Source: Catajapyx aquilonaris (taxonomy: Eukaryota). Taken from it: a stretch of DNA of 44,634 nt. The notes under the pieces were generated by a model. The model saw only the letters and a program-made list of their open reading frames with translations, was not told where the DNA came from and ran no database searches. The DNA lies in contig KZ538985.1 in the NCBI GenBank assembly GCA_000934665.2, forward strand, positions 1 through 44,634, given 5' to 3'. The stretch's first letter is position 1. Each line of letters begins with the position of its first letter. Position numbers and translations under genes: made by a program. This document shows, piece after piece, positions 13,112 through 25,100 of the stretch.

Positions 13112-16100
13112 GTTAGTCCACAGGTCTATCCATCAACAGATACCATCGCACCCACACTGCGACACCCTGTCGGATCAACATGTCGACTTGATTAAAACAG
13201 TGGGAGATAACCTGGCGACACCTTGGCAAGCAATGATCTCACCCCCTCCCCCCCCAAAAAAAAAATCAGAAAATATACAGGGTGCTGCATCAGTTTCGGT
13301 TCAATGTGGCAGGTAGTCACATTTTGCAGAATTTCTTGTGTAGTTTCTGCCTAGCTTCTCTCCACAAATCGATACGTTCTCTATCTCTGCGCCTTCCTTT
13401 CCACTCCTAGCCACACCCTGTAAGCCATCCTTTAAAAAAAAAACGCATCTCAAAAATTTTATTTCACAAAAAAAAAGTTTAGTCGTCCCCATGTCCACTT
13501 GTCCACAAAGTCGATCCTTGGACTAGAAAAAAAAGAGCGGGGGCTATTTTTATTTCAATTCTTGGCACGAAAAGTCGTGGGGTCGAATCGTGTTGGGAAT
13601 GTATTTTTGAAAATATTGGATTTCTGCTTGCAAGCGGAGGACTCTGTTATATTGCCAAGTTTTCTTCCTTTTTTTTCTTTCATAACCGGTGCATTGTAGT
13701 CGTAGATATTGTAACCACCAATTGCACATTTTTTTTTCTTTCAATTTTGACAATTCAATTAGGGTGGGGAGGGGGAGGAAAGAAGGCAAAAAGGTTTCTT
13801 TCCTCAAGAATCTTTCCTTTTTTTCAGTTCTTCCATTCTTGTCAGACGTTTTTTTACTTTATTGTTACGAGGACTCTCGGGCCCTGCGGCGCGTCCGAAA
13901 TGCCCCCCCATCCCCCCTCCTACCCTCCTATACCCCTCCTCCTTTTCTTCTTCATGTTTCGATCAGACTGCAGTGAATTCTTTCGCAAATTTCATTCAAT
14001 ATTCAGGAGCCGCCTTGACATCTTGGCTCGAACTTGAGAAGTACAGTCTCTTGGGGGACTGATTGCGATATTTAATTCATGACCCATAATGTAGGAAAAT
14101 TACCTGAAAATTGCGAAACATGGCGAAAAAAATGCCAAACACGGGGGGAAAAAATATCGGAAGTGCAAATCGTGCTGGGTTCTTTTTAGCCAACTGGATT
14201 TCAGGGGGATTTCGCAAAAAAAAAAAAGGTTGACTGCGTGTGTACCTTTTGTGATGGGCGTGTAAATGCTTCTAGTAATCCGATTGTGATTGGGTTTTCG
14301 CACGAAAGTAACAGGATGTTTCGTAGCTCTATTGGCAAAAAAGTCGTGCATTGTAACGACTTACAGAGGGAAATATTCAGACTGGAAAATCACTTAACCA
14401 GGAATTCAGAGAGGTTTGTTGCTTTCAGTTGCCCGCTCTTGTTATACTATCCGGAAAAGCACACTCTCAATTATATACAAGTGCAATCTGCGGTATAGAC
14501 ACTGTACATATTGTATCCCGGTCTCTCTCGCATTCCATCAAGCCAGACCTCACGACACTCCCGGTATTTTGCTGCTGAATATTTGACGCTGACGTTCTTT
14601 GTTGTCTGTACTTGCAAGCCGCGGCGGTTCAGACCACGATGTTAATTTTAACCCCCAGCACCAAGTGCTTTTCCTACCTCCCCACCAAAAATTAGCCTAA
14701 ATGGTAAATGTGCCTTTGAAACATGTACACTGTATATACGTGCAGGCATTGTTGGCGTTTTGGGTTGAGGGCACGACAATACATGTTGACACGATTTGTC
14801 ACGGAGGGCTGACATTTGTCATAATCGTAGCCCAGGCGTAATGGGAGCGGCGGGATGCAGTAACTCAAGTGCGTCGTCGTCGAGGCATCGACAAAAGCCT
14901 GGAGTAGAAACGAGCGAAAATTTGCATTTTCTTAAGCCCCCCTGCAAGGCAGAGTAATGACTCCGACAGTTTACGGCTCATGCCACGCACGTCAGTTTTC
15001 GGCATTACTACGAACCTATGCAAATGACAACGTCTAGTCGCTGTCTAAAGCCCACAAAAAAAATACTGCTGCAAGATTTTGAACAGGGTGAATCACAAAA
15101 TACAGGGCCAACATGTTCTGAGTCAGCCTGTAGTTCCCCCCCAAGGGTACACATCGGAAGCAAATAACATTTCCCCCTGAATATTCAATAGTTGGTGTCA
15201 GAAGCAGTTAAGCTCGGTTCTCATCTGGCATGCAGGCAAGGGGTTCTAGGAAGTGCCTTTTGGTGACCCTCCCCCGGTTTCCCTCCCTACATCTGCTTTG
15301 AATTCCTAAGAGCATATAGAGCAGAGCATAGAAACCTTCCCCCATTTACTTTCACACACACACACCCCCCCCACACACCTAGTCCTCCTTCGGGATGCTG
15401 CTCCTAACCTCGCAAGAAGCCAAGCTGGATTACGCAGTCCCGGGGATAACGACTTTTTAACAACCGCCTAAGATGGAACGCTCCTGGCAACTCAATGGCT
15501 GGCCGGAGATGAAAAGGATGGAAGGGAGAGAGTAGGCTACGGTAGGGGGGCTTAACTCACTTGGAGGCCTAACTATACCTTTACCATTGCATGAGGAAGT
15601 ATGGAGGGGGGGGGGGCCTGGAGTGGGACATTAGTTGCCTCATCCTCTGGAAGAAATTGGCCCAAAAAATGGGATGGAAGCGAGAAGCCAATTTGTCCGC
15701 CATATTTTTGTGCTAGCCAACATGGCGCCGGTGTGGCGAGGGTAACGCTATCAGTTTGTGTGTGGCCTGAATGTTAGATGGGGGACCATTGAGAGATTTC
15801 TGGCCGAAGAAAGGGTCGGACACGAATGCGCGAATCCATCCGTACTCAAGCAAGAAGACGATCCTTATTTGAAAATCATTGTGATTGTAGCCCTAGAAAA
15901 ATCACTCGAACATGAAGAGAACTTCTGGGAACCTCAGGACATTTCACTTTTAAACATGTTATAATATTAACTTATGCCATTTCTGGAGACCATGTACAAG
16001 AATGATTGTTGTAGGAGCCTTGCCTCTTCACTTACTTAGCAGTTAATGAAACAGGTTAACCGTAAGTGTCCTAGTGCACTAAGGGCCAGATAGGGTTGTC

Positions 16101-19100
16101 AGTCTGTCTGACGGTCCATTAACGCTAGCTGACCCTCTCAGTTGGTGAACAAGCCCATTTAGGGACCAGATATTATTATCGCTCCGACCGGGAATGATGT
16201 CGGAGGGGGCATCTCTAAACGGACCATTAACCCTTACCTGACCCACGGGTGTTGGTGCACCAAAAGCAGCGTGGGCACCTCATGGGCCTTATCTATCTAT
16301 CCCTTGCACCCTTTTAAAGATAGGAGACCGACCATAAATTATGTAACGCTCCTTCTCTGAGCCACGATTGGGGTACAAACCCATCAGTGGGACACAACTA
16401 AAATTTTAATATCCAAGTAATAATCATTTGGTTAGTTCAACCATTTTTGTATGTATTCGCCTTAGAATTCCTGTATGAATGAGCCGGGTTCATACACTGC
16501 ACCCAATTACCCTCCCATTGACGATCAGCTCCGTCACAGTGTCTGAGCCATATTTTGCCAGCCCCGGCGCTAAAAATTAGCTCCCCCACGTCCCCTACAT
16601 CCTGTGAATTCCTGATTCATCCAATCTCCCACTCTCTCCCAGCATTATAATCCCTGTTGTCCTGGGTCCCCCCCTCCTGTGTTGTGTGAATGAGGTTCCC
16701 AGTGATTAGACAACCGAGCGAGGGAAAGTGAAAACGCGAGCCGATTGTGACAGGGAAACTGTTGCCCTGGCAATTCCATAGAGAGAGACACGGGGAAAAA
16801 ATGGTACAAAGTTGTGTTCTCCCTGCTCTAGGTTTTTTTTTTGAAGGGGGGGGGGGACCATCGATTTCTAGGGTCGTTGCCTTTTCTCATAACCTGCATC
16901 TATTACGGTTCTCTTTTTTTCGGTCCTTAATGGCCATAGTTTTAGACTTTTTCTTATCGGAAAAACGGCTATGTCTGTGAACAGGTATTATGGACTAAAC
17001 CGCACGGGATAGCGACAAACGGGTTTTGGATTCGGATTCAGTGGGTTCCAAATAGGTTCCACTCTATCCGCCAATGTAGATTTACATGCAGACTAGAAAA
17101 ACCCTCGCTTCGCTCACTAGGGAGGAAGCGGTGTAGACCCTCCAGCCGACAGCGAACGAATGGATGGTTCCTCCTACCGCCCACCAGAGGCACTGCTTCC
17201 GCCCTCATTGCGCCTGCGCAGAAAGGGGGTCAATCGAAATTGTCGTGGTAACACTACGGCGGACCAATCAGAAGGCATAACCATACAATAAGAATAGGAT
17301 GGATTCCTTAGCATCGGGAAATGCCACTGACAACAATCAATGTCATTGTTGTCCTATTAGAATCGCATCGTGTCGTATCGTATCGGGTTTGTCAGCCTCA
17401 TTGCCCAATGAGAGAAAGTCTACTCGAATCAAGCTCGCGTGATTTGCTAATCTTGTTTGTGGAGAGCGATTGATCAGTTGCTATTATTTTGTCCCCCAAC
17501 CAATATTTTTTTGCATTACGTAACGTGAACCGTGTCTCCCAGTGTTACGCAATTTTTATGAACGGCTCTCCATCCCTCCCTCCAAGTCCATGATGAGCGC
17601 GGCCATCGATTTTTGCGAGCACTTTCCCCACCCAACCACCCACATTTTCCCAGCAGCGTGGGACACTGACCCTTCTCACTCTTTTCACCTCCCACAGAAC
17701 CCCCCCACCCTCTTGGGGCCGTTCCATCCTCAAGGGCGTTCGTTACATTCACAAATTCACCGGGAGCTGCGTTTCAACAGCGGAATAAGTACCTATCTGT
17801 TGGATGTTTCAATTGGAGGGGGCTCGCGGCAAATGGACCTAGCGTGGCCGCTAACCAAATTTTATTCTTTTAGGAGAGTTTTCCATCTAGTCCGGCACGT
17901 TTTGGACCCGGATCCCCACCCACCCACACCCACACAGCTCTCTACTTGCACACACTGACAACTCAATTATTAGAATTGCGCGAATTGGATTGACGGTGTC
18001 CATTAGGATCAGACGTGAAACATCTTGCCAAATGCAAATGGGATGTCGAATGGCGGATCTGGCTGGGACATTTAGATCAAGTGGACAACGCTTTTGGTCA
18101 GAGATTTAACTACGAAACTAGGAAAACGCTCGCTCTTTTCTAGGCCACCATATCGCCGGGGAATGAACAGTTTCCCCGGCAACCCAAGGAGTTGTTTACA
18201 CCCAATTGCGCATGAGTAGAACGCAGGCCAATAGGGAGGTGGCGGTAACAATATGCGGCGGACCAATCAGAGGGCTCGGCCAACTCCCGCAAGGATTTTA
18301 ATATTATAGATAGTGCGAGGCAATCTGCCAAGTTCCCATCATCCTGGCATGATGCAACCCAACGAACACTCTGTGTACGCCCCTTGCAACGAGGTCACCC
18401 GCAGCACAAGAGAGCCTCATGGGTTATCGTACTTCCAGGATGAAAAATTGGGCACCTCAAGACTTAACGTGACACTCACTTGGCCTGAAATGCATCCAAT
18501 TTCCAACCTGCATCTTGTAACAAACGCCATAAATATTTAACCGCGCCAAGCCTGCTGAAGGTGGAATATAATATTTAAGAGGGGGGAGAAAAAAAAAAGA
18601 AGGGGTTGGGGGGGGAGGGTGGAGATGGAGGGGATTAAGTTTTCAGACTGTTACAAAGGAGAGAAGAGGGTTTTGCGGAAGATTTAGGGCAGACTGTGAG
18701 ATGAGGCTAGTTGGACAAAGGCGGCTTAAGTCCCCGGAAAAGACCCTGGGTGGGTGGGTGGAACGGAAATCATGGGGAAAAGGTGTGATCCATTGGACCC
18801 CGGAGGTAGCTCCAGCCCCAGAATTCCTCATAAATTAAGACGTATGATAATGATCGCCCAAGGTGCATGATGAAAGAGGCCAAGATGGAGGAGGGCGTTG
18901 CCACCTATATGTATATACTCGGGGGGGTGAACGAACAGAAAAATATTTGATATGGAAAAATAACTGTAATAAAATATTGATGCGTAGGGTGCTAATTGCG
19001 ATGATTTTTTTTGTCACGTTTTCTGTTTTTGTGTGCAGTGGTTGGTCTGAGCGGTTCGATAAAAGGTCGCGGAAATTGTGGCAACGTCGCCCCCCCCCCT

Positions 19101-22100
19101 CCCTAAAAATGGCCTGGAGTTAGTTCTCCACACTCTTCTTGGCTCTTGCCAAGTGCAATATTGATACTCCAGCAGGGAGTCTGGTTGATAATTTCCAACC
19201 GTTTTTTTCCCCGCACCGTACAAACCGTCGGTACAAACGGTATGAAGCATCAAGAGTTACAACTCTAATTTGGCACAAAAAAAGAATTTGGCTGCGTTTC
19301 TTATTGGCCAACCAGCAGATGTAGTCCTTATGTGGATGCTGCTGCAGCACCGCGCGGCGGTAACGATCCGTTTGTTCAGATTCAGCGTTTGTTGTCTGGC
19401 CGCGCAGTGGAGCTGAAACATTTTGAATGATTGATACAGGCTGAGGGAACAGGGAGGGCTATAGTTCTTGATGTTGGATGTACGGTTCACTTCATTAAAT
19501 AGTTTATAGGATCAGCCATTTTCAGAGACTGCTCCGATTGGGCTGCAGATTTCCCCCATGCGCAGTTCATTGATTTTGGCAAATATGAATGAAGCCGCAG
19601 CCAAGCAAGCGACCCCGACCGTGAATGGATGCTGACATCAGCTCGGATGCAACAATAATCGCCAGCCAAAAGGCAGCGCCATGGTCTCAAGGTTACACGA
19701 CACTTCGAAATCATTTTCGTCCGAAGATATCTCGCCCAAACACACAAAACATTTCGTCCAAACAAAATTGTCCAAAAACATTTATTATCGTAGACAAGTG
19801 CAGTTTTCAGACTTTTCCCTTAATCAGCGGCATGTAAGACAGCAGTATGCCCAGTTTCAGTACTCTCAGCAGTCCGAAAGTGGGTTAGGTAGCCCGGACA
19901 TACAGACAAACTTTCTGCTTTATTATGCCAGATTCGTAGGCAACAAGATAAATCCACCAGTTTTTGCGGTTTTAAGTTGTTAGGTAGCGTTTTAATGCTC
20001 TATCGCCTATAGACCCAAAGATGCGTAATGAGCCAATAAGCCAGGATTTTCTGCCTTCACTAGCATGTAAGCAAATGTCGCTTTCGGTTATCGCAAAAAT
20101 GCCCACGGTTCGTCCAATGGACCATGGATGGAGATTTTTTTCGTTATATATATATTTTTTCAAACAATGCACATTACAATATAGTATGACCAGTTTCATA
20201 AAGGGACGTGACGTATATGATGACGTTTCATAAAGCACCAATCGGAAGCACGATCAGATGGGATACCTGAAGCTCAATGGATGGGAAGATAGTGCTTCTG
20301 ATTGGTGCTTTATGAAATGTCATCATACGTCACGTCCCTTTCTTAAAGTATACAATATTGCATTTTGGTGTTTGGACAACAATTTTTCTCTGAAACGAGA
20401 CTTCTGTCGTTCGCGAATTTTGTTGGCCGACTGACCGAAGTCGGTGGTGTATGACATACCTGTGGTCAGAGGGATTGGGCATCATCATCAGGTGGGTCCT
20501 TTTAGACGCCCCCGAGAGAGGGGGCTGGGAAGGGATGCAGGTGGCGCGCCCATTTCTCAGCCTATTAAAGTGGCGGGAGACGCCCTTTCCATCAAAGAGG
20601 ATGCCAGCGACGACGCTAATTGCAGAGCCCAGATTCCTCTGGCTCTCGTATTTCTTCCTCTGGTCCTTTTGCCTCCTCTTAGAAAACGGGGCATTCGGGA
20701 GGCTCAGATTGGATCCTGCCAGGTTTCTACTTACAGTGTCCCTTCGCCCATTTTCGAGACGATCCAATTCACTGCCGCCTTTGAGTGTATGGCTCATTGT
20801 TTTCGCATTTATGAGCAGGCCATCGTCACATTGTCTGGACGTTCCGTCGGAAGCACTTTGGCTGGATTACGGTGGGAAAGGGACTGGTCGGTTGTCTTCG
20901 GACCAGAAATTTATGGAGAAGGCTTTCCCGCTGGGGTCGGGCTCTGTAAATATCGGGATCCCAAGACTGCTTTGCATTCATAACGAGTTTTAAAGCTAGA
21001 GGAGTATAGATGAATCGGGGGTTTTGGCCGGGCGCGTATTTAGTTTTGCATGCAGGCTGAGAATTTCTGAAAGATGTTCTGATGTTCATATTGGTCAGAT
21101 CGCATCGTTATTGAAATAATTGCCTCTAAGCAATAAGGTGTACAGTTTATCCGAGTCCTGACTCTGTGACAAGTTGTTACACATGATGGGCCAACAGTTT
21201 ATTAAACTGGACGACGTCCGTTAAGATGAAACGACGAGTGTAAAGTTAAACAACCTCTCTGAATTCCGCAGTGAAATTTTAAGTTACGAGGATTGTTCGA
21301 GAGAATATAAGACGCTCTTATGCAGCTCACAGACTGAGTTTATTGTCCAGTAGAATCTGGGGGACACAACATTACACAGTCCCAACCCGTTTGAGAAGCT
21401 TACTATGGGTACCAGGTCATATCTCATAGCACCACTCTATAGCATTGTATTGAATCGTATCTACTTCAACATAGGTAGCCTTCTTACAGGTGTCAAAAGT
21501 GGCAATCTCGTGTGGTGAAAATGTTGAATATACATTTTATCACTCAAATCTATGAGTACACATTAAATTATGTTTGAAGCTCATCGAACAGCTTAATACC
21601 TGAATGTACTCTGATAGTCTGATTACAGATCAGAAACACCCCGGCTTCATACATGCAAAGTGACGCGTAATTAACCCTATAAAACCCCCCCTTGTTGATA
21701 TTTCCAACCGTTTGGCTTCGGTGTTACCAGACATCAGAGTTGACACAGTTACCAGAACCGGCCAGGCTGCTTGTTTGCGAAATAATAAAATACACGTATC
21801 ACTCACAATCAACGTCGGCTCTAGCACACGGATAATTAACGTTCATTATGGCAGCGTAGCGATTTGAAATTGCCCCGCACAATTGCCCTGATATTAACAT
21901 AGTAAGCAATGAAAGCTTACAATGAATATAAACGCCTGGATTGAAAAACTAATGCCTTATTCATGCGTATTAGTTTACACAAGAGAACTCGCGTGATTGC
22001 TCCCCCAGAATTTATGAATCCGGGTTCCAGGGTTTCCCCAAGATGTTTCAATTACCTCACGGAGACGAGGAGTCTTTGCCTCTGTTTACTTTGCAAATAT

Positions 22101-25100
22101 ACTGTACATTTTTTTAAAAACTAAAAAATGGCGGTACTGTTGCTCGTTTCACGAGAGAAGGCCTGAGGCTCAGTTCAGCTCGTTCGGTTTGCGAATGAAA
22201 CAATCAGGTAAGATGTGTTTCTTTCCCCCCATTTTTCAATTCCGGTGGGCCATTGGCTGGCCTGATATTATACAGTATATCTCTCGCGAAGCTAGTGGAC
22301 GCGAGATTCTCTGGCTGACCAAAATAGCGACGGTCCATGCCTCGTTTACAAATTCTCGTACATATTCGAGCGTATGAGTACACATGCTTCAGGAATAATG
22401 TGCGGGGGACGTCAGTACCTGCACGTTTTTTTCTCTCTCTGAATGCACATAATTATGTACGTTTAGCTGTTTGTTCTATTTGCAACCGTGCGCATATCAG
22501 CCAGGAAATCCGTCTCCCAGGGCCCGGTTGACACATTTTTGGTGTGGCATATGACACCCCCACGCTTGTACACGTGTGGCTTTGTACCTGTGTGTGTGTC
22601 TCTCTCCAACCGTCAGACCGTGGTATATATTCTTCACGCCCTGTTTCTCTCCGCAGTTTATCCCTCTCCTGAATGCCTATGTTACTGTAAGTAACAAAGC
22701 CATGGGAGGTATACCAGTGTACTGTTGCATCGTGTCTGTACTAACTCATGTCCCACCTCCTTCCCTGACAGGTCTCTGTGGCCACCAAGACGCCGAGCAC
22801 ATCACGGCCATCTTGGGAGAGTCGGTTGTTTTCAACTGCCATGTGGAGTTTCCGGAGGGACACCCGGTACCCTACGTCGTCCAGTGGGAAAAGAAGGTAA
22901 AGAAGGTTACGTAATTGGTAAAGGTAACCTCAAAGTAAAAGTAAACCTATATCTTTAGGCAACCCAGAAAATTTGATTTACTTGTTACTCATTAACTTGT
23001 GCAGGTATTGTTTCTTCAGGTATGAAGTGGTGTTTCTAAACTGAGGTAATCTCTAATCAGATATGATGTAAGGCACCTATTAGAGGTGACCTGACTAAGG
23101 GTTCTGTTGTGTGAACATGAGTTAATGTAAACTGCTGTTTATTAATTAGGAACTAACTCAATAGTCACCCTTAACTAACTAAGGTGGGAATCTCTGATTT
23201 TGTACGGTTCTGCATCGTGAATACCTCTCTGCATATTTGAAGATTTTCAGCACATAACAGCATTTGGGATAATCTCTGATTGTAAGTTAATCATATATTA
23301 CATCGTACATTTCCTTAATTTGGGTTGATACCAGTCATACAACCAACCCTTATATAGAGTGCAGATCCAGTGTGTTGGCGGCCATTTTAAACCCCCATGT
23401 CGCGGTGGAGGTCAGAATGATCACAAAGATGGGGTTAAATTGCACCGCAATTATAATTCAATCGCTCCCCACCTTTCCAACCCCACCTTTCTCCCCACTC
23501 CCCCCCCCCCATCCCCTTATTATTGATGCGGTTATCCGAGCCATTATCGTGCCAATCAACTGGCTGAACATAAATGGCCGGTCGATTCATCCAGTGTAGT
23601 AATCACGCCATCTTTTTTCTCTCTCGCGGGCCGGCAAAGGGGCTAATTTGTGCCAACCCTTATACTATACCCTCTGATTGGCGGATTGTTTAGGTCAGAT
23701 TGGGTGAGACGAGCATAATTTCTGGTAATTGTTGAAAAAATCTTGTGCTCAAATAGGTGTGTAATAATGTCATGTTATGTAAAGTGTGGCCGATAATTTG
23801 GCTTAATAGTTGGGCGCCATTTTGGATCCATCGGTTGAGTGAAACTGGCACCATTTTGAATCCTTTTGACTTCTTTTTGAGTGGACTAACTCGTCGTCAG
23901 TTGATGAGGAACTTGGAGAAGGTTGGGACTGTGCAGTTACACTCCTAAATAACCCCTCCCGGTTCGTGACGTGCGAGATTGCGCTGTGATTTGTTCAACT
24001 CGGTACTCACGTCTAGATCGCGTTTAGATACGGCGCGGGGGTTTCTTGATAAATTTGGGGGGACCCCGGTGGCACCCCCCACAACTTGATTTGATTTTCA
24101 AATGATTCATCCAAGGAGTGGGAGGAAATGTGGAAGGGGGGTTCCCCTCTCCTGCAGAGAGAGCTCGCGTTTCTGCACTCTCCATAAGGTAATATTTTAA
24201 GGCCATTATCATTTCCAGTCTGCTGCGCCCATTTGGCCTCCGTCTAGTTCCTGCCATTTTCCCAATGCCCATTTTTTTCTCCTTCCTTCTTCTTCAACTT
24301 TTCTTTATTCTACCAGACCCCCGCTTTGTCTCTCCCTTTTGGTATTCCTCCACCGCCATTTCTGTGTTTTCTCCCTCCTCTCCGGATGACAGGGGTGTCC
24401 AAATGACTCCGCCAGAAGTTCATTTACCTGCAGTTTATCACATAGCTGATCCTGTTACTCCATATAGCATAGCTGCTCCGGGGGGCCCCTGGAATATTCC
24501 GGAGGTATACAATTCGTGATGTGAATAATGTTGAATGGGATTTGAGATTAAGAGACGGGATGGGTTGGCCCCGGAATTTTAAACCACATGTTATTTTGTG
24601 GCCTGAATTTTAAGCAGGGGAAGGTGGCATAATTTATTAATGCAATTAGAGTTGTCTACCAGCAGTCATTTGCCTGGGTAAATAAATAAAGTTGCGATCA
24701 GCTTAGCTTTCTGATTTAATCGTCTGTTATACTGTGGTGAATATGGCGTGGGAAGGGATTTTTCTATAGGCTTGAAAAATAAGCCCTCTTTTTGTATACA
24801 TATAGCCGGATTGGCGCATCTCCAGGGGCATTCACATCACGATGGGCATAGTTCCGCGGGGAACCCAAAAAGTGCGTTTGATTGGTGCAATACGTAATTT
24901 GGGGATCATTAAGGTAGGAACCGCGCTGGGGGTCGGGGGTTGCCCATGCATGTGAATGCATTTTTATGTTACATGTTACACTGCAACGGTTCACATGGGA
25001 TGCATAATTTTCTTAATTAGTCTACCCGTATAAAGCACAGCGGGATAATTTTTTAAGCCCGAATAGCCCCCTATGTATAAACCACCAGCAACATTTGGAC

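Noticed and set aside
3046..18375. Repeated 30-38 bp unit as a CRISPR-like array
   Set aside because: Copies are kilobases apart, one is inverted, there is no spacer periodicity or cas gene, and the context is eukaryotic.
20330..20993. Three overlapping 155-180 aa ORFs in intron 1
   Set aside because: No recognisable family or splice support; possibly a decayed TE or a GC-richer patch. A BLASTX search would settle it.
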